The notes below the pieces were generated by a model. The model saw only the letters and a program-made list of their open reading frames with translations. It was not told where the DNA came from and did not search any database. DNA of 63,645 bases, counting the filler, from Octopus bimaculoides (lineage: Eukaryota): assembly GCF_001194135.2 (NCBI RefSeq). It is 5 parts of 5 records of this genome, joined end to end, with 100 filler letters (N's around TTAATTAATTAA, not from the genome) between each part and the next. Parts side by side here need not be neighbours in the genome. Positions count along the whole stretch, not along the records: positions 1 to 25,748 come from NC_068985.1; 4 more parts are not named here. The stretch is one strand, 5' to 3'. Position numbers and translations under genes: made by a program. Below, in pieces: positions 1 through 11,776 of this stretch. Each line of letters starts with the position of its first letter. Positions within the stretch are counted from its first letter, which is position 1.

Positions 1-52
<52 letters not shown>

Positions 53-53
53 C

Positions 54-100
<47 letters not shown>

Positions 101-101
101 C

Positions 102-137
<36 letters not shown>
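1..137. repeat. (ATG)n microsatellite
   Basis: Near-pure ATG/GAT triplet run from the window start. Confidence 0.98.
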
Positions 138-352
138 CCTCTCTACTAAAGGCACAAGGCTTGAAATTTGAGGAGAGGGGACTGGTTGATAACACCAATC
201 CCAGTGTGGTTTACTGGTACTTAATTTATCGACCCTGAAAGGATGAAAGGTAAAATTGACCTTGGCAGAATTTGAACTCAGAGTGTAGTGATGGGTGAAA
301 CACTGCTACGCATTTCGCCTGGAATACTAACGATTCTGCCAGCTTGCTGACT
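138..352 (+). mobile_element. ~210-bp dispersed retroposon-like repeat (GGCACAAGG...ACTGGTACTT...ATCGACCC.GAAAGGATGAAAGG family)
   Basis: The same motif string recurs at about 10790, 19573, 19806, 20870(-), 22566(-), 26755, 29250(-), 35030 and 61555. Orientation is as read. Confidence 0.85.
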
Positions 353-401
353 TAATAATAATAATAATAATAATAATAACAACAACAACAATAATAATAA
401 C

Positions 402-603
402 GGAAGCATCAGCACTCAACTACCAACATGGCTGGAAAAGATTGGTGCAAGTGTGAAGGTAGAACACCTGTAAAAACCAGCATTGCTTGGAACTGCAGGA
501 ATTCTTGGCAGGGTTCTTGAAGCATGACCAGTAAACAAGGGTCACCTTAGTCTGCTGACACTTTCCATCATACCCAATAAAATAAGCTGTGAGTTTTCAT
601 CAC

Positions 604-604
<1 letters not shown>
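402..604 (+). mobile_element. 5'-truncated R4/Dong-like RLE non-LTR retrotransposon, 3' end (family 1)
   Basis: 402-527 translates GSISTQLPTWLEKIGASVKVEHL*KPALLGTAGILGRVLEA*, matching the LQKxALLGTAxILRRVL C-terminus of R4-clade ORFs. Short 3' UTR; (AAT)n on both sides. Confidence 0.85.
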
Positions 605-637
<33 letters not shown>

Positions 638-639
<2 letters not shown>

Positions 640-953
640 CTTTCAAAATACAAAGACCTGGAAATAGAGGAAACTCGAATGGGGAATCTAAAAACAGAAA
701 CAATTCCTATCATAGTAGGTGCCTGAGGTATAATAAAAAAAATATTCAGACAAATACATAACAAAAACACCAGGACTTACAAATATATATAACATACAGA
801 AAATTGCACTACTGGGTACTGCACACATTCTACGCAAAACACTTTCAATACAGTAAACATAAGAGCACCACAGCAAACCACAGCGCATACCCAAGGCGCA
901 CAGAGCTGCGCTCGGTAGTGAAGTGAAAGCACGTTATAAAAATGAAACTACTG
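638..953 (+). mobile_element. 5'-truncated R4/Dong-like RLE non-LTR retrotransposon, 3' end (family 2)
   Basis: Translates KLSKYKDLEIEETRMGNLKTETIPIIVGA*GII..KYSDKYITKTPGLTNIYNIQKIALLGTAHILRKTLSIQ* (stop 854-856): the K..KY.DL..E..P...GALG RLE motif. Flanked by (AAT)n. Confidence 0.9.
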
Positions 954-1196
954 AATAATAATAATAATAATAATAAGAGCCGGGAGCAGCAGAAACCAGT
1001 ATACATGTATGGTTGCATATATATGTGCATATATAGGCATATGTGTGAGTGTGCATGTATGTGTTTCACACGAGTGTGAGTGAGCATATGCATATAGGCT
1101 CATGTACGTGGTTGTGCATGTGCACATGTGTATGTATGTACATGCNNNNNNNNNNGCACATGTGTATGTATGTACATGCGTGCATACGCGATTTCT

Positions 1197-1505
1197 ATGA
1201 GCATTTTTACTTTTTTACTTTCTCCCTTTTGGTTTTTTCCCCTTATTTAGCAGTCATTCTAGTAGCTCTTTTGTCTTAATAACGGTCAATTAAATAGTAA
1301 CTTTCCTTTGTTTAACGGTCATTTTCATTGCATAGTTTGATTGCCTTGATAACTGACGAGATGTCAGAGCAGATTTCCGCCATGGCGTCTGAAACTCGGA
1401 GTCTTATTATGGCAACCGAATAATTGTCACATATTATATTACAGATAAATTCCTCTATTTACATAATATCGAGGTCTCTTTCATTCTTTTGTTGTCATAC
1501 CATTA
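1197..1505 (+). mobile_element. Penelope-like pseudo-LTR/3' UTR fragment carrying a hammerhead motif
   Basis: T-rich non-coding segment centred on the hammerhead at 1343-1413. PLE assignment is inferred from the ribozyme architecture. Confidence 0.55.
1343..1413 (+). ncRNA. Type I hammerhead ribozyme-like motif (family B)
   Basis: GCCTTGATAA CTGACGA GATGTCA..TGGCGTC T GAAAC TCGGA GTC TTATTATGGC. Stem I 9/10 paired, stem II 7-8 bp, minimal stem III; predicted cleavage after C1403. One-nucleotide irregularity at the stem II junction. Confidence 0.7.
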
Positions 1506-1538
1506 CTATTAATATATATACATATATATATATATTTA

Positions 1539-1927
1539 GAGGGTGTGATGGGTAAATTGTCACCATTTTATATTTTTAATTTCATGCATGCACATTGTTT
1601 GCTTTTGATTTTGTTGATTACACAGTATAGTAGGGTCAGTTGGGCACCATCTGTGAGAAAAACAGCACGATGACACAATTTACTCTACCAGAGATTTGAC
1701 AACGATATGCTGTACTGCTTGGCATTCACACCAGAAGCTCCAATATGAACATTTCAGAGTGTTTGGGTGTCAGTTTGAGGACGGTGCAATTTGAGGACAT
1801 GTACCGAGAGTGATAAAAATCAAACATCCAGTCAACGTCATGGTGTGTGGAGTGACCAATAGTAATGGCAATGTTATTCCTCCATTCATCTTTCCACATG
1901 GCTTCAGACTCAACACGGAGGCCTACA
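1539..1927 (+). mobile_element. Internally deleted Tc1/mariner DD37D-like (maT) element, 5' end plus catalytic fragment
   Basis: TA followed by TIR-like GAGGGTGTGATGGGTAAATTGTC. HTH start jumps to VPRVIKIKHPVNVMVCGV..NGNVIPPFIFPHGFRLNTEAY, homologous to 56954-57310. Confidence 0.8.
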
Positions 1928-2312
1928 CACCACAGTGATTTTTCTTGGGTTTGAAGTTTACGTCATTTAAGAAAAAGATTGTTTGTTGTTTGAGAAAAAA
2001 ACATTTTATAGTAAAACACCAAACTGATGCAATGGTAGATATAAGACTATAAATGCAAATGCTAGAAGACACTATGAAGGAACTTGTTACACAATTAGCC
2101 AATGAAATTCAATCATTTACACATCATCATCATCATTTCACATCCATTTTCCATGCTGGCATGGGTTGACTGGTTTGACCAAAGCTGGTAAGGTCAGGGA
2201 TCCCACCTAATGCCAAATGCCAAATGCTCCAAAGACTGTACTGGGGGTCTTTTAATGTAGAGCCAAAATAAGTGCTTTGATTCCTTTGAAATATTTCATT
2301 AAGTGATATCAC

Positions 2313-2478
2313 TCTCGGAGTGGTTGGCGTTAGGAAAGTCATCCAGCTGTAGAAACTCTGCCAGATCAGACTGGAGCCTGGTGCAGCCATCTGGTCCACC
2401 AGTCCTCAGTCAAATCGTCCAACCCATGCCAGCATGGAAAGTGGACGTTAAACGACAATGATGATGATGATGATGATT
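2313..2478 (+). mobile_element. Retroposon 3' end with (GAT)n tail (GTGGTTGGCGTTAGGAAGG..CCATGCCAGCATGGAAA family, probably RTE-related)
   Basis: Other copies at about 2125-2230(-), 3310-3515(-), 5195-5305, 13480-13650, 16490-16710, 23030-23350, 25525-25700, 38160-38415, 46560-46810(-), 53670-53860 and 56060-56280(-). LINE clade is inferred. Confidence 0.75.
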
Positions 2479-3061
2479 TTGAAGCAAGCGTTTTGTTGCT
2501 AAGTCTCTTTATAACATCAACTGTTTAAGAGCTAAAAAGGTAGCCTGTAAGTGGTTGTTGGGCCTGCTGAAAATAACAGCCATTCTCCCTCATATCATAT
2601 TCTATTGCTTTAAATATAGGACATAATCACTGATATATAAGGAGAACCCTGGTCACAGATCTGCTCAACCAGCACTGATCTGGACTTTCACAATTGGATA
2701 AAATATTACTTTGAAATATTTTTGTATGTGGCCATGCAATGATTTTGAAGCAGAAGTTTTATAGATTGTTACTTGTTATAACAACTGTTCATGAGCAAAT
2801 GTAGCAACACTACTGTGATTGCTTGGCCTGCTAGAAAGAACAACCAAATTCCTACTCTATTTAAAAAGGATGACAACAAATGATAGAATTGTAGATTGTT
2901 TGAATAAAAGATGAAGTGGTCATGGTTGGAATGCCTTTGTTCATATGTCTGCACAATGACTTACATGGAAAAACACAACAAAACAAATCTAGATGATATA
3001 TTCGTGATCAACATGATAGAGTTGTTGTTATTATTATTTAGTCCTAAATCTTCTTTTTCAG

Positions 3062-3107
3062 GTGTAATGTATCTAAGACTACATTCTTCAATGCACTCTT
3101 CCTTTTT
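3062..3107 (+). CDS. Candidate micro-exon A of an unidentified host gene
   Basis: tcttctttttcag|46 nt|gtaaga; phase 2 to 0, xCNVSKTTFFNALFLF. Confidence 0.35.
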
Positions 3108-3550
3108 GTAAGATAATTGGACAGGGATTCTTAACCAAGGATATCCATATTCCTTAAGCAGGAGGTGTAGGACACAAACTTTAGGGTCGAGTGTTTTATA
3201 AATAAATATGATAGTTTCCCTTCTTTGTTCCTGGCTATTCATATCCTCCAACCTCCTCCCCCTCCCCACTCTTCCTCATCGTCATCTCCATCACTTTACA
3301 TCTGTTCTCCTATGCTAGCATGTGTGAAACAAGCTGTCACTGCCCAAATGTGATCATATTTAGAATTTATGCCTTTCTCCTAAGCAGTTCAGAGACTGCT
3401 GTATACGTGACTTCCATTTTTGGCTCAGTTTCTACGGTCAAATGCCCTTTTCAATGCCATCCACTTTACAGAGTGTACTAAGTGACTGACAGTGTTTTCT
3501 GTTGGCACCAGCACTGAAGAGATTGTCTTGTTCCCCTACATTGTCTCCAG

Positions 3551-3584
3551 TTGTTTGTCCACCATTTTTACTGGGTACTAAAAG
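3551..3584 (+). CDS. Candidate micro-exon B
   Basis: cccctacattgtctccag|34 nt|gtagga; phase 0 to 1, LFVHHFYWVLK(G). Confidence 0.35.
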
Positions 3585-3878
3585 GTAGGAATTAATATTT
3601 CTTTTCTGGGGTACAAAGGTGAAAATTCATACGAAATAGGAAGTAATACTTGATTAAATTGATTTGTTGTTATTCAATCGTCTTTAAAAGGTAAAGTCTA
3701 TTCTGGAAGAATCTGCTGTCAGAACAGCTCCATTACTTTAACCCCAGCATTTCACTGGTATGTTAAGGCAAAATCGAATTCTTATATTATTGAACTACAA
3801 AAACAAAACCTCCAAAAAATTAACCACTTGTGTCAAGCAGCTGATTATTTACATAAAACAAAGGAGTCACTTTCACAG

Positions 3879-3919
3879 GATTGAACCATTGTAATTGCTG
3901 TAAATGCAAGTCTGTTGAG
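3879..3919 (+). CDS. Candidate micro-exon C
   Basis: tttcacag|41 nt|gtaagt (consensus AG|GTAAGT). The only open frame is phase 1 to 0, LNHCNCCKCKSVE. Confidence 0.4.
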
Positions 3920-4249
3920 GTAAGTCAGTGTTGGAGTGAGATAAACTAATAATAATAATAATAATGCATCCGATTACTCTCTCCAGTTTAAGTTAGCGCT
4001 AAGTGAAGGAACCGAAATACTTGATCTCAAAATGAGAATCTTTATGGAAAAATCCCTGAATTTCAATGGCATCGAACCAGCAACATTTTCGTTTTAACAA
4101 GATATTCATTCTGCTGAGATATTTGTTAGCCATTTTAAGATCCTGATGACGAAGGTGATATTGACGATGATGACAATGATGACGAGAAAGAGAATTTATG
4201 GTGATGATAATGATGGTTCTGTATTATTTTCTTTTTTTCCCGCTGGAAG

Positions 4250-4283
4250 CTGTTTCATGTTATTGAATGTTATTCAAACCTGA
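4250..4283 (+). CDS. Candidate micro-exon D
   Basis: Long pyrimidine tract, ggaag|34 nt|gtaagt. The only open frame is phase 0 to 1, LFHVIECYSNL. Confidence 0.33.
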
Positions 4284-4656
4284 GTAAGTGTATTCAAGGT
4301 CTTAAGCAGATCAAATCAGACCTGCAGCCAGTATTGCATTTGTCAAATGCATGAATAAGATTGGACTATCTGAAATATGGATATATTGGGAGTTGATAAA
4401 ATAATAGATTTCCAGCATATTTCTACATTACATCATTTTACCATTCATGCAGAATACTCAGAATTATTGCTGTAAACCACAGATTTAAAAAAAGATCAAA
4501 ATCAAATGAATATGTATAGAAAACACAGATAAATGGATAGATTTGTCTGTTTCCCTAAAACAAGTGTACAGTTGTTGGATACACTGCAATATCAATGAAA
4601 TAAATATACATAGAGATTCAGATAATATCAACGAATATATCTATATATATTTATGC

Positions 4657-4694
<38 letters not shown>

Positions 4695-5245
4695 TGACTT
4701 ATACACACATATATATGTCGAATAATATCAAGGAAACATATATATAATATTGATTAATATATCACACATTAACACACAGACACACACATACACAAAATTA
4801 GTATATTATCAATAAAAAGAATATATATATATATATATATCTAATATATTTAGATGTAACATGAATATCAAAATTATAGTCTTTTATATGGGGAGAAGCA
4901 TAGCAATGTAGTTAAGAAATTTGTTTCTCAGTTTTGTGGCTCTGGGTTTGATTCCTTACAAAAGTGTCATATATGTGAACCTTGGCTTAACCAAAGCTAT
5001 AAAGTAGAAAGAAATTATGAGAAAACTCGTTGGATATATAAAGCAAAATGACAAGGAAGGTGATTATGATCAGCATGTACCCAGGGCCAAGTTTTATGGC
5101 AGTTTAACCTTAACATATCAAAGAAAAGCAACAGAAAGGAAGAAACAATAAAACTGTTCGTTAGAAAATGACCACATTTATTTCAGAGACAAAACAGCTC
5201 CTGTTAAATTGTCCAACTCATGCCAGCATGGAAAGTGGATGCTAA

Positions 5246-5305
<60 letters not shown>

Positions 5306-6070
5306 CCACACTTTCTCTTATCTGCTTCCCTCTACACTGTCGCATGGCANNNNNNNNNNNNNNNNNNNNNNNNNNNNNNNNNNNNNNNNNNNNNNNNNNN
5401 NNNNNNNNNNNNNNNNNNNNNNNNNNNNNNNNNNNNNNNNNNNNNNNNNNNNNNNNNNNNNNNNNNNNNNNNNNNNNNNNNNNNNNNNNNNNNNNNNNNN
5501 NNNNNNNNNNNNNNNNNNNNNNNNNNNNNNNNNNNNNNNNNNNNNNNNNNNNNNNNNNNNNNNNNNNNNNNNNNNNNNNNNNNNNNNNNNNNNNNNNNNN
5601 NNNNNNNNNNNNNNNNNNNNNNNNNNNNNNNNNNNNNNNNNNNNNNNNNNNNNNNNNNNNNNNNNNNNNNNNNNNNNNNNNNNNNNNNNNNNNNNNNNNN
5701 NNNNNNNNNNNNNNNNNNNNNNNNNNNNNNNNNNNNNNNNNTATATATATATATATTTATATATTATACAGACAAGAAAGTAATATTTTGAATGCAGTAT
5801 CGTCATGAAAACACCAGAAAAATTGGGTATTTTTCCCCTTGCAAGACGGAAAAAAGTTGTCAACAAACAGATATATATATATATTTATTTATTGGGTTAG
5901 CTAGAAAGTAATTTCATTTTTCACAAATTGATAGAATTATGATTTTGTTGAATGCCTTTTGTCAATGTTATGATTTTTATCCTTTTCACATAGCTGTTAA
6001 TTTTAGCTTACTTTAGAAGCTAATTGTGCGTAATTTTGTTTACAGCTGTTAACTCAGTATCAATTTTAAC

Positions 6071-7108
6071 ATGGAGAGCAAAAACGAACATTTTCGCCTT
6101 ATTTTGCTTTTTTTATTTCCATAAAGGCAAGAAAGCTGCTGAGGCTCACAAAGAGACATGTGATGTTTATTGTTCATCAGAACACACATGTCAGAAATGG
6201 TTTTAAAAATTCCATTCTAGAGATTTTTCCCTCAAAGATGATCAACGTTCTTGTCGACCAACTGAAGTTGATGATGACTGAATCAAAGCTATAATTGAAT
6301 CTGATTGTTATATAACTGTGTGAGAGATTGCAGAGAAGTTAAATGTATCACCCACAACAATTGAAAATGACTTAAAATGTCTTGGACTTCTTAAGAAGCT
6401 CGATATTTGGGTTCCACATAAATTGAAAGAGATTCTCTTAACACAACAAATGAATATTTGCAATATGCGTCTCAAACACAATGAAATCGACCTTTTTTTC
6501 TTAATGAATCATCACTAGTGTTAAAAGATGGATTGTCTACAATAGCATCAATCGAAAACCATCATGGTCCATAACCCTAACCCTAACCCTAACCCTAACC
6601 AGCACAAGCCATATTGAAAGCTGAACTGCATCAAAAAACGGTTGTGCTGTCAATTTGGTGGGATTACAAAGGTGTTGTGTATTTTGAGCTGCTTTCAAGG
6701 AACCAAACGATCAATTGAGATATTTACTGTCAACAACTAATGAAACTGGAAGAATCAATCAAAGGAAAACGGCCAGAATTGGCAAATTGTAAAGGAATTG
6801 TGTTCCACCATGACAACACTAGACCACACACGTTTATGCTAATTCATGAAAAATTATTGGAGCTTGTTTGGGAAATGATGTCACATCCACCATATAGCCC
6901 TAATCTTATACCATCAGATTACCATTTATTCCGAAGTTTGCAGAATTCTTTGAATGGTAAAACTTTTGATAATGATGATGACCTGAAATTGCACTTGCTT
7001 CAGTTTTTGGCTAATAAGGACCAAAATTTCTCTGAGCATAAAATCATGAAGTTGCCAGAAAGATGGGAAAAGGTCATCGAACAAAATGGAAAATATATAA
7101 TTGATTAA
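6071..7108 (+). pseudogene. mariner transposase pseudogene
   Basis: MESKNEHFRLILLFYFHKGKKAAEAH.., WVPHKL, HDNTRPHT, HPPYSPNLIPSDY. Stops and frameshifts present; first catalytic D mutated (ITSVKRW instead of ITGDEKW). Confidence 0.93.
6572..6600 (-). repeat. Short interstitial telomeric-type repeat (TTAGGG) x ~5
   Basis: TAACCC x4 + TAACC inside the transposase coding region. Confidence 0.9.
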
Positions 7109-8039
7109 AGTTCATTCTTTGTATTAAAAAAATGACTTTTATTTCACACTAAAAAATGGAAATTACTTTCTTGCTAACCCAATATATATGAACAAACTTT
7201 GAAGCAATGAGTGAGTTTTACTGAAAGTAGAGGACATTTTGAATGTAGGGTTGCTGTGAAATCAGTTTAGAAGATTGGGTAAATACCCTTCAAAGACAGA
7301 AGGAAGTGGTCAGCAGCAGGCTGCTACAGAGAATCAAACCCTGTACCTCTTAAATTCACCCCCACCCCCATCTTTCTCGTATAAACATCAAAACCAAGAC
7401 AACCACTGACCCTTTGCCAACCAACTCCTTAATGATCAACAACAACAATATACGGACGAGGTGGACAATTCTTTCTAAAGGAAAACACAATGACATTAGA
7501 TAATGTGGTTCTTTAGTATGTTCTAAAAGCTGAATGAAATGTCTTTGATCTTCAGTCGATGAAGTGTGACATGAGACAAAACAGTAGTAACAACAATTCC
7601 ATTAACAAGACTGATATGACATTACCACCACCACCACCAACAACAACAGCAACAATATCCCCAGCCAACATCATCACCTACATGTAAACTATGACCAACA
7701 TGAAAACCATTACATACAACACCATCTCCATTGCAAACTGGCAAAATCTTCATAATAGCAAATGTCTGTAGCATGTTGTATGTCAACACAACAGAATGTG
7801 TGTGTATTTGTGAGTGGAGCAATGGAGTTTTAATGCTTAAGTCAAAGGCGCAAACGGTGAAGTGCTTATGAATTTGGTAATCCTTCAACTCGTTAACTTT
7901 GCATTTCCATTTTGATATCCGTAACAATAAGAAAACGATTTTATGCCCTCGCTCGTTTTTTTAATTCTTTTTTACTCCATGTTTATTATGGATGACTGTT
8001 GGGTACCGTTGCTGTCGGGTATCTGTAGAATTAAAGTTG

Positions 8040-9640
8040 AATCAAAAGAAGTCATGGAGTGAAAATGGAGACAGTGGTGTGAAAAAAACGAAAACTGTGA
8101 AGGAATTACGTTCAACATTAAATCTGATGTTTAAAAGGAATTGGTGAAGCAGAAAATAAATCAGCCACATTGCCATAGAATTAAAGCTTGCAATGTCAAC
8201 AACAGCAATAATATGTGGAAATAAGAAGAAAATCAAGGATTCCAGAAGTTACTCTTTTAACTGATTTTTGTTTCCTTGATTTGATAGAAAAACTTAAAAT
8301 TGTTGAGGATCAAATGTCATGTGTTAATAGCATGATGGTATCTTGTGAACCAAGCCAAAAGTTTGTATGAGGATTTCCAGTAAAAGGAAAGCTAAAATTC
8401 TATGAGAGGACATTTTCTGGCTAATGAAGATTGGTTTGAAATGTTTTAGAAATGCTTGAATTTGCAGAATATAATATGACTGGTAAAGCTGGCAATGCTT
8501 ATACAGAAGTTGTTACTAATTATTTTGAGCATCTGGATGAAACATCCAATTGTTTAAGAGGGCTGAACACCAGAGCAAGTGTACAATACTGATGGAACTC
8601 TTCACTTTCCTGGAAGTTTGAGCTTTTATTTTTTAAGCAGAAAAATCAATACGAGGATTTGAAGCTTCCAAAAATCATCTGATGCTGCTTCTCAGAGGAA
8701 ATACCAATGTTAAAATGAAATTAAAGCCCCTACTCATGTATCAGTCTGAAAATACAAGGGCTTTCAAGAATTACACAAAGTTTAATTTACTTCTGATTTG
8801 GCATTCAAACAAGAAGGTATGACTGGCTAAGAATCTTTCAAAATGTGGTTTCCAAACATATTAGGTCTTGCTGAAGAAAGATTCATGCCAGGTGTAAGAT
8901 TTCTGGCAAAGCATTGATAATTTCAGACTATTTACTGGCTTTCTAATAACTTTGATGAACTTTTTGGTAAAATCAGATTAAAAAAAAAAAACAACTTCTT
9001 TGCTCCAGTAAATGGAAGAAGGGAAAATAGCAAACTTATCTCTGAAGAACTTTTAAACAGCTAAGGAAAGCAAGTAACAGGCAAGATAAACCCCTACTGT
9101 TAGACACATTCCATTATGCTGAACAGGAAGAAATTCAACTTAATGGATGCTGTGGATGATATAATTGAGCCATGGGACGAAGTGAAACCCTCGACTTTAT
9201 ATGGTGCTTAGAAAAACATGACTAGACTGTGGCTAACCTTTCTCAATGATAAAGATATCAAATTCAGAAAGATATCGAACACTTGTAAGTGATGTAGGGT
9301 ATGAAGAAATCTTAGACAATAATGTGGCTGAGTTGCTAATGTTCCATAAAGTTTATCTAATGGGGAGCTGATACTGTTAGAACAAGAGGAAGCTGTAAAT
9401 AGAGATGAGAATACAGAAATTCCAACAACTCCAATTTACTGCACAGAATTTTGCTGAAGGGTTGGCATTACCAGAGGAAAGTTTACAATCCCTTATTGAT
9501 AACAACCCTGATCGTTTATGTAACTTAAAAATTACAAGAGGAATTTACAGTGAATTCAGATCCTACATTGAGTTGTACAAAGAGATGATGCACCATAAGC
9601 ATCACACAAGTTTGGATAAGTTCTTTGTTCCCTCTTTGTG
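8040..9640 (+). mobile_element. Decayed Tigger/pogo (CENP-B-type) transposase remnant
   Basis: Fragments translate SHIAIELKLAMSTTAIICGNKKKIK (HTH), IRGFEASKNHLMLLLRGN..KLKPLLMYQSENTRAFKNYTK..LIWHSNKK (DDE_1 region) and HTSLDKFF at the end. TIRs not located. Confidence 0.85.
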
Positions 9641-9819
9641 GATATTGATAACAATGAACTATAAGACAAAAGACAGTGTTCCTCATCCTCTGAGTAACTT
9701 GCATTTCACCTCAACCACTTTCTCTGAAACACTAATCAACATCTTCTGTGGTAAGAACATACCCTATCATACTATGATTCTTATTGACTCCCTAACATAT
9801 TTCTCTTCTGATGTTTTCA

Positions 9820-9932
9820 TGTATGGATATTGTATTGATATTGTATTGTATGGATATTGTATTGTATTGTATTGTATTGTATTGTATTGTATTGTATGGA
9901 TATTGTATTGATATGTATGGATATTGTATTGT
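9820..9932. repeat. (ATTGT)n pentanucleotide repeat, degenerate
   Basis: tattgtattgtattg run. Confidence 0.9.
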
Positions 9933-10145
9933 GCATATTTCGAAAACATTGTTTTTGTGCATAAGAATTGTCGTGTTGAATGCACTTCTTTTTTAACTTT
10001 GAAAAGGATCTGTCAAAATGCATTCTCACTTTATATGAAACAAATGAGATCTGGTTACAAGAAGGGCGTCCAGTCAGAAAATCTGCCTCAATAAACTTTG
10101 TCCAATGCATGCATTGCGTAAAAGTGGATGTTAAAATAATGACGA

Positions 10146-10766
10146 TGATGATGATACTTATGAGCAAATAAATTTCAAAACTAAACAACCATTGCCTTAC
10201 ACAATCAGGCAGCAAAAGTGGTACAATGGAAACTGTGCGAAAAGTGGGGGCTAGAGAGATACAAGACATGGTATGTGCACAAACCAGAGAGAGAGGTGGA
10301 TTCAGAAACTAGCAAAAGCCAAAGAGATCAGGTGCTAGAGCATAACAGACCAAACTTAATGGTGGTGGTGGTGGTGGACAAGGTGCACCACATGTGCTAT
10401 ATAGTTAATGTTGCATGCTCCTTTGACCCATGGATAGTCAAGAAGGAAGGCGAAAAGATAGAGAATTACAACTCCCTTAATTATGAAATAGCCCAGCTAT
10501 GGAGAATGAAGAAGGTGAAGATAGTGCCAATTATTGTTGGGTCCTTGGGGACAATATCAGGAAGCATCAAGAGGAATATAAAGGAAATTGGAATAAGGTA
10601 CCCAGTAGAACTGTTACAAAAGGATTGCTTCCTTGGCATGGCCAGAATAATCAGGAAAGTATTAGATAGAATGGATAGCATGGTATTGTAGGCTGCAGGT
10701 AGTAAGCCTGCTATGCACGCAAGACTCCAGGAGCTCCAACAAAACCTGTGATAAAGAGAAATAATG
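10146..10766 (+). mobile_element. R4/Dong-like RLE retrotransposon 3' fragment
   Basis: ORF 10218-10691: HNRPNL..VACSFD..KKEGEKIENY.SL.YEIAQLW..VPIIVGSLG..LLQK..LGMARIIRKVL, a PD-(D/E)xK restriction-like endonuclease. Begins after an (ATG)n run. Confidence 0.9.
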
Positions 10767-11776
10767 ATTTATTCTAATTCAAGTACAGAGCTGACAATTT
10801 TGAGAGGTAAATTGATTATATTGACCCCTGTACTCAATTGGTACTTTATTTTATTGACCTCCTGGGTGTGGGTGAAAAGCAAAGTTGACTTTGACAGTAT
10901 TTTGAACTCCAAATGTACAGAAGTGAAAGAAATATTGCAAAACATGCTAATGGTTCTGCCAATATCTCCAATAATAATGTTTTGAGATTGGAGAAGACAA
11001 ATCTTGTTTATCTGAAATATTTCTTCTTCACGTCACGTGGCTCTCTGATACTTTTCAGTGTTTACAAAAATCTCTTGTTATGGTGATGGACTGACCAGAA
11101 ACACTAAAGTACCATATCTAAAGAATTACTTTGTCCTTATAGATTCTGATTTCAAACATCACTGAAGTTGATTTTACTTTTTATCTTTTCACGACTGATA
11201 AAATAAGTACAGACATTTTTTTGATCGATTCAATTGATTTTCCGGTGAATCTCTGGCCTTGTGCCAGTATAAGGAATTAATTGTATCACCAGTTCATTAT
11301 ATATTTTTAAAGCATATTAGTAACAGTCTAGCATTGTAGCCAATGGCAGATGTCTAGACATCTGTTTAGACATAAAGACATTAAGCAGACATGGCTAATG
11401 GTATGTTATCAAACTGAAAAATCTATTTATGTCATACAGAATCTAGTTTTGGTGGTAGGAGTAAGAGAGGGCTCAAAACACCGCATCATTCTTAATAATT
11501 GCTTAAAATAATTGAATGAAATTCAGCCAAGAATCATAATCATGTGATAGAAACTCTTCCAAATGTTTCTGCCAGTTTCAGGTTTTGAATTGATGGCTGA
11601 TATTGGAAGTAGGATAATATATTTTTCCAACTGGTGGAGCAATACATTTTTGCATGGGTTGCATTTCATATTCCCCCATCTGTTCTCCCTATTTCCCCCT
11701 CTTATTGTTCATAATGGAACATGATTCATCCTGTGCTTCAGCTCAAGTAATCTAGAGCAGATTGCATTATATTTAA

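Larger units (their letters stand above)
5892..7182 (+). mobile_element. Full-length (1291 bp) inactive mariner, mellifera-subfamily-like (DD34D)
   Basis: TIRs TTGGGTTAGCTAGAAAGTAATTTC / GAAATTACTTTCTTGCTAACCCAA with TA duplication at 5890-5891 and 7183-7184. Confidence 0.95.

Noticed and set aside
3691-3757. Extra exon between candidates B and C
   Set aside because: Its only open frame ends in phase 2, incompatible with exon C, and its 3' part resembles a repeat remnant.
5209-5866. Long ORFs spanning N gaps (also 13.7-14.5, 32.6-33.2, 35.5-36.5, 41.0-42.2, 47.8-48.3, 54.1-54.8, 62.8-63.3 kb)
   Set aside because: Open only because Ns and dinucleotide repeats contain no stops.
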